From contig CANQWX010000007.1 of NCBI GenBank assembly GCA_947627665.1, positions 16,845 to 80,844 on the forward strand: a DNA stretch of 64,000 nt, read 5' to 3'. Below are positions 20,504 to 29,791 of this stretch, one piece after another. The notes beneath the pieces were generated by a model that worked only from the letters and a program-made list of their open reading frames with translations, ran no database searches and had not been told where the DNA came from. A program made the translations under genes and the position numbers. How positions within the stretch are numbered: position 1 is the first letter of the stretch; each line of letters opens with the position of its first letter. Source of the stretch: an uncultured Clostridia bacterium. GTDB lineage: Bacteria > Bacillota > Clostridia > Christensenellales > Borkfalkiaceae.

Positions 20504-20722
20504 TCAATAATCGCTGAGTCCCAAGAGATAATCTGCGGAAACGTCGTACAATTTGCAGAGCGCCGCCAGCTGCGCGTAGCTGCATTCGTATATCCCCTTC
20601 TCGAAACGTTGATAGACGGGTTGCGCCACGCCGAGCGCCGCCGCCACTTCCCGCTGGGTGATATGCAGCTGTTCCCTGCGCTCTTTTAATTTTTTCCCGA
20701 CCCTTTCTTTCAAATCTTCCAT
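20504..20722 (-). CDS. XRE-family helix-turn-helix transcriptional regulator
   Basis: 72 aa. LKERREQLHITQREVAAALGVAQPVYQRFEKG is a classic HTH_3/Cro-C1 motif. Confidence 0.85.
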   Translation of the reverse strand: MEDLKERVGKKLKERREQLHITQREVAAALGVAQPVYQRFEKGIYECSYAQLAALCKLYDVSADYLLGLSDY

Positions 20723-20740
20723 TTTTGCCTCGTCATTTCC

Positions 20741-20798
20741 TTGACTTTAATATACAGTTTCTGTATAATTGAAAGCAAATTGATACAGAAACTGTATC
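20741..20798. promoter_or_regulatory. Divergent promoter region with two palindromic operators ATACAG-N3-CTGTAT
   Basis: TTGACT(20741)-17 bp-TATAAT(20764) faces the LRR gene. Palindromes TATACAGTTTCTGTATA (20751-20767, overlapping the spacer and -10) and GATACAGAAACTGTATC (20782-20798) have centres 31 bp apart. Confidence 0.6.
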
Positions 20799-20816
20799 GA
20801 ACGAAAGGAGAAAAGA

Positions 20817-22490
20817 ATGAAAAAGACAGCATGGATGGGAGCCGCGCTTGCGGCGGTGTTGGCGGTCGGAAGTTTTGCCGCGGGTTGCGGCGGGACGGGC
20901 GATTCCGAAGTCCCCGCGGGGCATGTACACGATTGGGGGGAGTGGACGCAAAGCGTCGCCCCCGCGTGCGAGGCGAAGGGGGAGCAGAAACGGGTGTGTA
21001 AGAGCGATCCTTCCCACACGGAAACGAAGGAGATCCCCGCGCTCGGGCATGATTGGAGCGAGGAATGGACGCCCGGAGAGGAGGGGCATTACCACGCATG
21101 CAGCCGCTGCGACGAGCGAAGCGGCGAAGAGGCGCACACATTTACCAACGGCACCTGCGGGCTTTGCGGCTATTCGCTCACGCCCTCCCGCTTGCGCTAC
21201 GAGGCGGTGGAGGAGGACGGCGCCGTCACGGGGTACCGTATTGCGGGTTTCGAGGACGGCGAAACGGACAAGACCCGCCTGGTCGCGGCGGCAAGTTATG
21301 AAGAAAAGCCCGTCGTGGCGGTCGGGGAGAGCGCCTTTGAGGGAGAAACGGAGCTGAAAAGCGTCTATTTGCCCGACACGGTTACGACGATCGAAAACAG
21401 TGCCTTTTACGGTTGCGAAGGGCTGACAGAGATCGCTCTTCCCGCGGTCGCCAACGTCGCGGCGGAGGCGTTCGGGCAATGCACGGCACTTACAACGGCG
21501 ACGTTCGGCAAGATCCTGACATGGGGCGAACCCGACGAGAGCGCGCGCCAGAATTGCTTCTTTATCTTCGACGGCGACGAGGCGCTGCAAAGCGTTTCGG
21601 TCGCGGAGGGCAGCAGCGGCATCGCAAGCGAGGGCGGGGTGCTTTACAATGCGGAAAAGACGGAGGTCGTATTCGCGCCGCCGAAGATCGCGGGGACCGT
21701 GCGCCTTCCGTCCACTTTGGTCAAGGCAGGCAATTTTTCCGACTGCACGGAAGTCACGAAGATCGTTCTGCCCGAGGGATTGCAGACGATCGAAGGTCTT
21801 GCGTTTTCGGGTTGCACCAAGCTGAAAGAGCTGAACATTCCCGCAAGCGTCACCCTGATCAACGGCGACGATCCCTTCCGCGGCTGCGATAGCTTGCAGA
21901 CGGAAAACGAGGACGGCGTCCGCTATCTCGATGGCTGGGCGCTCGGGCTTACGGAGGAAAAGGAGGAGCTGCGCCTTCGCGCGGACGCCCGCGGGATCGC
22001 ACCGCTCGCCTTTGCGGAGAGCAATGTAAAGCGGGTCTTTGTGCCCGAAAGCGTCATCTGCATCGGTTGGGGTGCGTTTTCGCAGTGCGGACAGCTCGAA
22101 GAGATCACGCTGCCCTATTTGGGGATCACGCGCGAGGCGGCAAGCGCTGCGGCATTTGAGATGATCTTCGGCTACATTGCGCTCTTTTTCCCCATGAACG
22201 GCTCGTTTGCGCCCGAAACGCTGAAAAAGGTGACGGTCACCGGGCAGGTCGCGCTCGGCGAGGATTGTTTCTATAAGTGCCAATATGTCGAGGAGATCGT
22301 ATTCGAGGGCGGCGTGACCGCCGTCGGCAGCCGTGCGCTTGCCGCGATGAAGGCGCTCCGAAAGATCGTCTTTGCGGGGACGACCGCCGAATGGCTCGCT
22401 GTCGAAAAGGGCGGGAAATGGGCGGATAAGTCGACGTTTACGGTAGAGTGTGAAAACGGCAACGTTTCTTCCTCGGGGGAAGTTTCCTGA
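20817..22490 (+). CDS. BspA-type leucine-rich-repeat surface lipoprotein with an N-terminal His/Trp/Cys-rich module
   Basis: Lipobox AVGSFAAGC. Repeated units fit ...IxxxAFxxCxxLxxIxxP.... The N-terminus has HVHDWGEW...C...C and HDWSEEW...HYHACSRC...GTCGLCG. Confidence 0.75.
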   Translation: MKKTAWMGAALAAVLAVGSFAAGCGGTGDSEVPAGHVHDWGEWTQSVAPACEAKGEQKRVCKSDPSHTETKEIPALGHDWSEEWTPGEEGHYHACSRCDERSGEEAHTFTNGTCGLCGYSLTPSRLRYEAVEEDGAVTGYRIAGFEDGETDKTRLVAAASYEEKPVVAVGESAFEGETELKSVYLPDTVTTIENSAFYGCEGLTEIALPAVANVAAEAFGQCTALTTATFGKILTWGEPDESARQNCFFIFDGDEALQSVSVAEGSSGIASEGGVLYNAEKTEVVFAPPKIAGTVRLPSTLVKAGNFSDCTEVTKIVLPEGLQTIEGLAFSGCTKLKELNIPASVTLINGDDPFRGCDSLQTENEDGVRYLDGWALGLTEEKEELRLRADARGIAPLAFAESNVKRVFVPESVICIGWGAFSQCGQLEEITLPYLGITREAASAAAFEMIFGYIALFFPMNGSFAPETLKKVTVTGQVALGEDCFYKCQYVEEIVFEGGVTAVGSRALAAMKALRKIVFAGTTAEWLAVEKGGKWADKSTFTVECENGNVSSSGEVS

Positions 22491-22521
22491 AAAAAGCAAA
22501 ACGGTTGTCATACGGAAAAGA

Positions 22522-22549
22522 GCGCCGCGGGGCAAGTGCCCCGCGGCGC
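22522..22549. terminator. Second identical copy of hairpin gcgccgcggggcaagtgccccgcggcgc, between the convergent LRR gene and mazF
   Basis: Read directly; identical to 20471-20498. Confidence 0.6.
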
Positions 22550-22554
22550 AAGTT

Positions 22555-22914
22555 TTACTGTCTGCCCTGTTCGGCAAAGCCGAGGCTGATGAGGATCGCG
22601 CGGTTGACGCGGGACATCGTGGCGGGCGGCAGCTCGCCGATGCGGGACATCAACCGCTTTTTGTCGATGGTCCGTATCTGTTCGAGCAGAATGACGGAAT
22701 CCTTGGCAAGCCCGAACGCCTGCGGCAGTTCGATATGGGTGGGGAGCCGCGCCTTGTGGATCTTGCTCGTGACGGCGGCGGCGATCACGGTGGGGGAGTA
22801 CTTGTTGCCCGTATCGTTTTGCACCACAAGCACGGGACGCACGCCGCCCTGCTCGCTTCCCACCACAGGGGAAAGATCGGCATAGTAAAGTTCTCCGCGT
22901 TTTACATTCATCAT
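22555..22914 (-). CDS. mazF: MazF/EndoA (PemK family) mRNA interferase toxin
   Basis: [58 protein letters not shown]...[17 protein letters not shown] closely resembles Bacillus EndoA. The start is at the ATGATG pair (22914/22911), after GAAGGTG. Confidence 0.9.
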   Translation of the reverse strand: MMNVKRGELYYADLSPVVGSEQGGVRPVLVVQNDTGNKYSPTVIAAAVTSKIHKARLPTHIELPQAFGLAKDSVILLEQIRTIDKKRLMSRIGELPPATMSRVNRAILISLGFAEQGRQ

Positions 22915-23155
22915 GGCACCTTCTTTTGTGGGCATCCCCCTCGTTACTATATTATGTAGCGCAGAGTTTGTTTGCCCACCGCAAACGGTATTTTCGCCCG
23001 ACGTGCCCGTTTTTATACACGGGGGAAGCCTTCGTGCCCTTTTTCCCGAAATGGCGTTTATTTAATTGTGTTTTTCGGAAAAAACTGCTATAATAAAAGC
23101 CGCAAATCTTTCGGCGGCGTGGCGGCGGGAAGAGATTGCGGAGCGAGGTACCATC

Positions 23156-24181
23156 ATGTTAAAAATTGCCGTGGACGCAATGGGGGGCGATTTTGCCCCC
23201 GCAGAGATCGTAAAGGGCGCGGTGGAGGCGCTCGGCGCGCGGAAAGACTTCAAGGTCGTGTTCACGGGCGACCGTGCGGCGGTCGAAGGAGAGCTTGCCA
23301 AGTACAAGTACGATCCCGCCCGTGTGGAGATCGTGCACTGCACCGAGGTCATCACGGGCGACGATATCCCCACGCACGCCATCCGCGCCAAAAAGGACAG
23401 CTCCCTCACGGTGGGGCTGCGGCTTTTGAAAGAGGACGGCGACGTGGGCGGGCTGGTTTCCGCAGGGTCCACGGGAGCGGTCCTCACGGGCGGCGTCATG
23501 CTGGTCGGCAGGATCAAGGGCGTCATGCGCCCTGCACTCTGCCCGGGCATTCCCAATGTGCGGGGAACGCGCACCCTTCTGTGCGACTGCGGCGCCAACG
23601 CCGAGTGCAAGCCCGCCTATCTGCAACAGTTCGCCATCATGGCGACGGCGTACGGCAGGGCGGCGTTCGGCATGAAGGAACCGACGGTCGGGCTTCTTAA
23701 CAACGGAACTGAGGAGCACAAGGGGGATCCTCTGCACCAGGAGGCATTCCGCCTTTTGCAACAGACGGACGGCATCCGTTTCGTCGGCAACGTCGAGGGA
23801 CGGGACATCATGTTCGGCGACGTGGACATCGTCGTTTCGGACGGCTTCTCGGGCAACATCGCCCTCAAATCGGCGGAGGGCTGCGGGAAGACCGTTTCCG
23901 CCGTGCTCAAACAGGAATTCAAGCGGAATTTAGGCAGCAAGCTCGCCTACGTTTTCGCGCGCAAACAGATCGGCAAACTGCGCGATATGCTCGATTACGC
24001 AAAGCTCGGCGGCTCCGTTTTTTTGGGCATGAAAAAGGTCATCGTAAAATCGCACGGCAATTCCAAGGCGAACGCCTTCGGCCCTTCCGTCTTACAGGCG
24101 GTGGACGCCTGCAAGGGCGATCTGGTCGGCGAGATCGAGAGGCTGCTTCGGGCGGCGGATCTCGGGGCGGAAAATGAATAG
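23156..24181 (+). CDS. plsX: Phosphate acyltransferase PlsX
   Basis: MLKIAVDAMGGDFAP is the N-terminus, with GSTGA and NVEGRDI blocks. The start was set at internal ATG 23156. Confidence 0.93.
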   Translation: MLKIAVDAMGGDFAPAEIVKGAVEALGARKDFKVVFTGDRAAVEGELAKYKYDPARVEIVHCTEVITGDDIPTHAIRAKKDSSLTVGLRLLKEDGDVGGLVSAGSTGAVLTGGVMLVGRIKGVMRPALCPGIPNVRGTRTLLCDCGANAECKPAYLQQFAIMATAYGRAAFGMKEPTVGLLNNGTEEHKGDPLHQEAFRLLQQTDGIRFVGNVEGRDIMFGDVDIVVSDGFSGNIALKSAEGCGKTVSAVLKQEFKRNLGSKLAYVFARKQIGKLRDMLDYAKLGGSVFLGMKKVIVKSHGNSKANAFGPSVLQAVDACKGDLVGEIERLLRAADLGAENE

Positions 24182-24830
24182 CGGCGAGAACTTTACAAAA
24201 GAGCTGCTTCGGGCGGCGGAGGAGGCGATCGGCTATTCCTTCCGCAATGTCGCCCTTTTGGAGGCGAGCCTCACCCACAAGTCCTATTCCAATGCGGGCG
24301 GCGGCGAAAACAACGAACGTCTGGAGTTTTTGGGGGACGCCGTGCTCGAGATCATCGTGTCCGAATGGCTCTATGCCGCCCATCCGCAGGCGGAGGAGGG
24401 GGAACTCACCGCGCTGCGCCAGCGATATGTGTCCAAGACGGCGCTCGCCGCGCTGTGCGAACGTGCGGGCTTTATGCGCTTTTTGCGCTACATGGGGGGA
24501 GAACAGAACCTCGGTTCCAAGACGGTGGAGAGCCTGCCCGAGGCGATCCTCGGCGCGATCTACCTCGACGGCGGCATGAAGGAAGCGCGGGCGTTCGTCA
24601 GGCGCTTTATCGTGGCGTCGCATACCGAGAACTACAGATCCCTTTTGCAGGAATATGTGCAAAAGCACACCAAGCAGACCCCCGTCTATACCGTGCGGGA
24701 AGAGAACGGGGCATATGTATGCACCGTGCGGGCAATGGAGCGGGAAGCAAAGGGGAAGGGCGTCGGCAAACAGGCTGCGGAGATCGCCGCGGCGGAAAAA
24801 CTTTATCGCAAATTAACGGAGCGTTCATGA
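24174..24830 (+). CDS. rnc: Ribonuclease III
   Basis: NERLEFLGDAVL is the signature motif. A C-terminal dsRBD is present (...GKGVGKQAAEIAAAEKL). It overlaps the plsX stop. Confidence 0.94.
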   Translation: MNSGENFTKELLRAAEEAIGYSFRNVALLEASLTHKSYSNAGGGENNERLEFLGDAVLEIIVSEWLYAAHPQAEEGELTALRQRYVSKTALAALCERAGFMRFLRYMGGEQNLGSKTVESLPEAILGAIYLDGGMKEARAFVRRFIVASHTENYRSLLQEYVQKHTKQTPVYTVREENGAYVCTVRAMEREAKGKGVGKQAAEIAAAEKLYRKLTERS

Positions 24831-27800
24831 ACTTCAAGGAGATCCAGCTTGCGGGGTTCAAGTCCTTTGCGGACAAGACCTCTATCAAATTCGACGACGG
24901 CGTCACATGTATCGTGGGGCCGAACGGCTGCGGCAAGAGCAACGTGGCGGACGCCGTCCGCTGGGTGCTGGGCGAGCAGTCGGCAAAGACGCTGCGCGGT
25001 TCGAGCATGCAGGACGTCATTTTCAACGGCACGCAGGAGCGCCGTGCGCTCTCCTACTGCGAAGTGACCCTGATCTTCGATAACACCGCGCGCCTCTTCG
25101 ATATCGAGTACGACGAGGTCGCCATGACCCGCCGCCTCTACCGCTCGGGCGAGAGCGAATACCTTCTCAACAAACAGCCCTGCCGCCTCAAAGACATCGT
25201 CGCGCTTTTGCACGGCGTGGGGATCGGGAAAGAGGGCTATTCCATCATCGGGCAGGGCAAGGTCGAGCAGATCATGAACGCCAAGCCCGAGGACCGCCGC
25301 GCCATTTTCGAAGAGGCGACGGGGGTCATGAAGTTCAAAACGCAAAAGGGGGAGATCGAGCGCAAGCTCGAAAACGCGGGGGACAACCTCACGGTGTTCG
25401 TCCAGCGCATGGACGAGGCGGAAAAGCAATTAAAACCCCTCGAAAAGCAGGCGGAAACCGCCAAAAAATACAGAGAATACACCGCCGACCTCAAATATGA
25501 GGAGGTGAATACATACCTGGCGCGCTGCGAGAATTTCGAGCACGAAACGGAGAAACACCGCGTGCGGATCCGCGAGGCGGAGGAACGCCTCTCCGCCGTG
25601 GAAGAGGAGCTTGGGGAAGTAGACCGCAAGGAGCTTGGCGCGCGCGAGAGCGCGGCGGCGCAGGACGAAGAACTTCGCACGCTCAACGAAAAACTGCGCG
25701 TATTCGAAGTCGGGATCGAGCACAAGAGCGGCGAGGCGCGCGTTTTGGGCGAGAGGATCGCCTCCTACAAGCGCCGTCTTTCCGCCGCCTCGGAGGACGT
25801 GGAGTACTCTCTCCGCCGCACCAAGGAGATCGATTCCCTCACGTCGGGCAGCGCCAAAAAGCGGGAGGAGAGCGAAAAGCGGAGCGCCGAGATCGAGAGA
25901 AAGACGGCGGAACTCACGCGCAAGTTACAGGAAACGGACGCCCGCCTTCTGCACTTCGAGCAGCTCTCCGACGAACAGCGTGCGAGCGAGATCTCCTCGG
26001 TGGAGAACCTTGCCGACGTGCGCGCGAACGTGGGGAGCCTTTCCGCGCAAAAGACGGCGGCGAGCGAGCGGATCGGCGAAGTCCGCGCCGCCATCGCCAA
26101 GGCGGAGGGGAGAAAAAAGGACTACACCGCCCAGCTTGCCGCATGCAAGGAAGAGAAAGCGGCGTGCGAAGCCTTTTTGGACGGCAAGGGGAAGCAGGAA
26201 GAGGAATTGCAGGAGAGCCTCCGCGACCTCGTCCGTTCGGGGCAGAAGCTCTCGCAGGACCTCATCGATTGCAATACGACGGTCGCAAATCTGACCAACA
26301 ATCTCGAACTCTATAAAAATCTCAAGAACCGTTTCGACGGTTACAAGGACAGCGTGCGCAACCTTCAGCTCACGGCGAAGAAAGACCCCGAGCTGGGGAA
26401 AAAGATCAAGGGCGCCATCGCGGATATCGTCACGACCGAGCAAAAGTACGAGGTCGCGCTCGAAACGGCGTTCGGCGGCGCGATGCAGAACCTCGTCACC
26501 GCCACGGCGGACGACGCCCGCTTCCTCATCGAATATCTCAAAAAGACGGGCGGCGGCATCGTCACGTTCCTGCCCGTCGCGGCCATGCGCCCGCACTACA
26601 ACAGCGGCGAGATCCAGCGCGCGCTGCACGAAAAGGGCGCGCTCGGGCTTGCCGACGAGCTTGTGCATTACGACGCATATTACGATAACGTCATCAAAAA
26701 CCTGCTCGGCAACACACTTGTGTGCGACACCATCGCAAACGCCACGTCCATTGCCAAGAAGTATCCCCGCTCCTTCCGCATCGTCACCCTCGACGGCGAC
26801 ATCATCGCAACCAGCGGCGCCATGACGGGCGGCAGCAAGCGGAGCGGCAGCGGCAATCTTCTCGCGGGCGAACGGCACATCAAGGAATGCGAAGAGGGCA
26901 TCGCCAAAAAGACGGCGCTCGCCAAAAAGATCAAAGAGGCGATCGAAGAGAGCGAGCGTGCCCGCGAGGAAACGGAGGCGGAGATCGAGCGTTTCCGCGT
27001 CAAAGTACAGGAGCAAACGGCGTCCTTTGCGGCGCTCTCGCAGCGGGAACTCGCCCTCACCGACCTCATTTCGGACGCCGTGCGCGACCTCTCCGAATAC
27101 AGCGGCCTTTTGGAGCGGCTCGAAAAGCGGGTGGGCGACCTCGAGAGCGAGGTGCTCTCCTCCTCGGAGAGCGAGGATATTTTGAACAAGATCCGTTCGG
27201 AGGCGGCGGCGGAAGCCGCGGCGCGGGCGGCGCAGTCGCAGGATCTCAAACAGCAGCGCGAGAGCTTGCTCGAAGAATTGCAGACGCTGCGGGTGGAGGG
27301 CGCGACCTTGCTCTCCGCGCGCGAGGCGGACGCGGAGAACGTGCGGCGGCTCACCGAGGAAAAGCTCGCCCTTCTCAAAAAGGTGGACGACACCCACGCC
27401 GAGATCGCGCAGACCGAACTCCTGATCAAGCAGCTCAAGCGGGACGAGGAGAAGATCGCGCTGACGGAGGAGGAGCAGCAGGCAGTTTCTTCCATCCGTG
27501 CGGGCATTGCCAAGGTGGAGGGCGAAAAGCGGGAAACGGCGGAAAAACAGGCCGCCCTTGCGGACAGAAAGCGCGCCCTTCTCGCCGAACAGCAAAATCT
27601 GAGCGACAAAAAGCACACGAGCGAGCTGGAGATCTCCAAGGCGGAAGTCAGCCTCGAGAACATGAAGCAGCGCATCGACGAGGCATACGGTCTGACCTAC
27701 GAAACGGCGCAGGAGCTGCGGGACGTCCATTACGACATCTCCGCTTCCGCGGCGAACATCAACAGCCTGCGCCACAAGATCGCGGCGCTCGGCCCCGTCA

Positions 27801-28426
27801 ACCAGAACGCGGAGGAGGACTACGACGCCCTCCTTGCCCGCTATACCGAAATGCAGACCCAGCGCGAGGACCTCGAAAAGGGCATCGCCGACCTCAACAC
27901 CGTGCTCACCGATCTCCGCGACGCCATGCAAAAGCAATTCGACGAGGGCTTCACGGAGATCAACAAGAACTTTACGCAGATCTTCAAGGAGCTTTTCGGC
28001 GGCGGCAGGGCGGAGATGCAGCTCGACTACACCGACTGCGACGACCCTCTGAACGCAGGCGTGGAGATCATCGCCTGCCCACCGGGGAAGAAGCTCACGA
28101 AAATTTCCCTGCTCTCGGGCGGCGAGCGGGCGTTCACGGCGATCGCCATTCTGTTCGCTATTTTGAAGTCCCGCCCCATGCCCTTCTGTATCCTCGACGA
28201 GATCGAAGCGGCGCTCGACGAGGCGAACGTGGACCGTTTTGCGAAGTACTTGAAAAAATTCTCCAAGGAAACGCAGTTCATCGTCATCACGCACCGCAAG
28301 CCGACGATGACGCAGGCGGACACGCTGTTCGGCGTGACGATGGAGGAAAAGGGCGTCAGCAAGATCGTTTCGGTCAAGCTGTCCGAAGTCGAATCCCGCC
28401 TCGGCGGCGACACCGTCATCGCGTAA
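24827..28426 (+). CDS. smc: Chromosome partition protein Smc
   Basis: MNFKEIQLAGFKSFADKT...GPNGCGKSNV is the N-terminal head. It has long coiled coils, a hinge (GYKDSVRNL...), and a C-terminal LSGGERAFTAIAILFAI...DEIEAALD block. The ATG overlaps the rnc stop (ATGA). The track ORF start at 24365 is rejected. Confidence 0.96.
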   Translation: MNFKEIQLAGFKSFADKTSIKFDDGVTCIVGPNGCGKSNVADAVRWVLGEQSAKTLRGSSMQDVIFNGTQERRALSYCEVTLIFDNTARLFDIEYDEVAMTRRLYRSGESEYLLNKQPCRLKDIVALLHGVGIGKEGYSIIGQGKVEQIMNAKPEDRRAIFEEATGVMKFKTQKGEIERKLENAGDNLTVFVQRMDEAEKQLKPLEKQAETAKKYREYTADLKYEEVNTYLARCENFEHETEKHRVRIREAEERLSAVEEELGEVDRKELGARESAAAQDEELRTLNEKLRVFEVGIEHKSGEARVLGERIASYKRRLSAASEDVEYSLRRTKEIDSLTSGSAKKREESEKRSAEIERKTAELTRKLQETDARLLHFEQLSDEQRASEISSVENLADVRANVGSLSAQKTAASERIGEVRAAIAKAEGRKKDYTAQLAACKEEKAACEAFLDGKGKQEEELQESLRDLVRSGQKLSQDLIDCNTTVANLTNNLELYKNLKNRFDGYKDSVRNLQLTAKKDPELGKKIKGAIADIVTTEQKYEVALETAFGGAMQNLVTATADDARFLIEYLKKTGGGIVTFLPVAAMRPHYNSGEIQRALHEKGALGLADELVHYDAYYDNVIKNLLGNTLVCDTIANATSIAKKYPRSFRIVTLDGDIIATSGAMTGGSKRSGSGNLLAGERHIKECEEGIAKKTALAKKIKEAIEESERAREETEAEIERFRVKVQEQTASFAALSQRELALTDLISDAVRDLSEYSGLLERLEKRVGDLESEVLSSSESEDILNKIRSEAAAEAAARAAQSQDLKQQRESLLEELQTLRVEGATLLSAREADAENVRRLTEEKLALLKKVDDTHAEIAQTELLIKQLKRDEEKIALTEEEQQAVSSIRAGIAKVEGEKRETAEKQAALADRKRALLAEQQNLSDKKHTSELEISKAEVSLENMKQRIDEAYGLTYETAQELRDVHYDISASAANINSLRHKIAALGPVNQNAEEDYDALLARYTEMQTQREDLEKGIADLNTVLTDLRDAMQKQFDEGFTEINKNFTQIFKELFGGGRAEMQLDYTDCDDPLNAGVEIIACPPGKKLTKISLLSGGERAFTAIAILFAILKSRPMPFCILDEIEAALDEANVDRFAKYLKKFSKETQFIVITHRKPTMTQADTLFGVTMEEKGVSKIVSVKLSEVESRLGGDTVIA

Positions 28427-28435
28427 GCCCGCTTC

Positions 28436-28722
28436 TACCCCCTCCGTTGGAGGGGGATCAAGGGGGTGGGGGCGTATTCTGATCACGTCATGTTGAGCGC
28501 AGTCGCCCCGCGCGCAGTTCTGATTTTCTAAGCGCGGCACGAGGAGCAGGCGACGTAGCGAAGCCAATCTTAATTTGTCATTTTGACCGCAGCGATCACG
28601 ACATTTCTTTTTGCTACGATCGCCGCTTCACGTTTGGAGCGTAGCCCGTGGAGCTTCCAAACGGAGGAGCGATTGCCATAGGCATGAGCGACAAGCGGCG
28701 AGAAAAAGAAATGTGTGAATAA
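28436..28722. repeat. Intergenic mosaic of repeat modules (GGGGG-hairpin/GGGGGTGGG module, gtcat(g/t)t(t/g)gagcg module, reversed cgtgccgcgcttagaaaatcagaac module, and a 130 bp imperfect palindrome)
   Basis: Each module matches copies elsewhere in the window (17340-17640, 32300, 37535, 40600, 58174). Confidence 0.8.
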
Positions 28723-28739
28723 TATAAGGGATATTTCTT

Positions 28740-29636
28740 ATGAGTTTTTTCGGGAAGATCAAAGACGCGTTAAAAAAGACGAAAGAGAGCGTTTCTACAA
28801 AACTCCGCCAGCTGTTCCTCAAAAATAAGCTCGGCGACGCCTTTTATGACGAGCTTGAGGAGATCCTCATCTCGTCGGATGTCGGCGTGACGACCGCCGA
28901 GGATGTAGTGGAGCAGGTCAAAGAGGAGGCCATCGGGAATAAGATCAAAGACGAACAATACGTTTCCGATCTTCTCAAAGATATTCTCGAAGATACGCTC
29001 AACGAGGCGCCCGTGCCCGAACTTCAATATCCCTGCGTGATGATGTTCGTGGGGGTCAACGGCGTGGGTAAGACGACGACCATTGGCAAGGTCGCCAATT
29101 GGTTCGTCCGCCAAAAAAAGACGGTCACGGTGGCGGCGGCGGATACCTTCCGCGCGGCGGCGATCGACCAGCTCAACGTCTGGGCGGACCGTGCCAAAGT
29201 CAAGATCGTCAAGCACGAGGAGGGGAGCGACCCCTCCGCCGTCGTGTTCGACGCGGTTTCCTCGGCAAAGGCGAGAAAGACGGACGTCCTTCTCATCGAC
29301 ACGGCGGGGCGGCTCCACGTCAAAGAAAATTTGATGAAGGAACTTGAAAAAATGGACCGCGTGGTGCAGCGGGAATATCCCGAGGCGGCTTTTTATAAAC
29401 TGTTGGTTTTGGACGCGACCACGGGCCAGAACGCGGTCAACCAGGCGCGCGTGTTCGACGAGGCGGTGGAGCTGGACGGCATCGTCCTCACCAAGCTCGA
29501 CGGCACGGCAAAGGGCGGTTTCGTGTTCTCCCTCTGCGGCGAACTCAAGATCCCCGTCGTATTCGCGGGCGTGGGCGAGAAGATCGACGATCTCGAGCGC
29601 TTCGACGCCGAACAATTCGTGGAAGGATTTTTCTGA
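28740..29636 (+). CDS. ftsY: Signal recognition particle receptor FtsY
   Basis: GVNGVGKTTTIGK, DTAGRL and TKLDGTAKGG are the SRP-GTPase G motifs. Confidence 0.95.
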   Translation: MSFFGKIKDALKKTKESVSTKLRQLFLKNKLGDAFYDELEEILISSDVGVTTAEDVVEQVKEEAIGNKIKDEQYVSDLLKDILEDTLNEAPVPELQYPCVMMFVGVNGVGKTTTIGKVANWFVRQKKTVTVAAADTFRAAAIDQLNVWADRAKVKIVKHEEGSDPSAVVFDAVSSAKARKTDVLLIDTAGRLHVKENLMKELEKMDRVVQREYPEAAFYKLLVLDATTGQNAVNQARVFDEAVELDGIVLTKLDGTAKGGFVFSLCGELKIPVVFAGVGEKIDDLERFDAEQFVEGFF

Positions 29637-29699
29637 AATTTTGCACAAACGATTTTCCGAGGGAAAGATTTTGCGCGGAAAGTCCAAAAGAAATTTGCG

Positions 29700-29737
29700 C
29701 CTGTCAAGCAAAAATACTTGACAGGGCGTTTTTTTTC
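29700..29737 (+). terminator. Intrinsic terminator after ftsY (cctgtcaag-N8-cttgacagg plus T8); its right arm supplies the TTGACA of a TTGACA-17 bp-TAAAAT promoter for ylxM-ffh
   Basis: A 9 bp stem and U-tract were read directly. A second, similar hairpin (tgtcaag-N8-cttgaca) lies at 29755-29779. Confidence 0.65.
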
Positions 29738-29791
29738 TGTTAAAATGGGCGTAGGTGTCAAGGAAAAGTACTTGACAGGCGGAGGGGAAGA

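Noticed and set aside
22936-23155. MazE-type antitoxin upstream of mazF
   Set aside because: The only minus-strand open frame is a 22-codon GTG-initiated stretch with no RBS and no AbrB/RHH-like sequence. The 182-aa ORF 23062-23610(-) is a shadow of plsX.
24365-24826. N-terminal 154-aa extension of Smc suggested by the ORF track (start at 24365)
   Set aside because: The extension overlaps rnc in another frame and is Arg/Gly-rich nonsense. The canonical Smc N-terminus MNFKEIQLAGFKSF starts at 24827 with ATGA coupling to the rnc stop.
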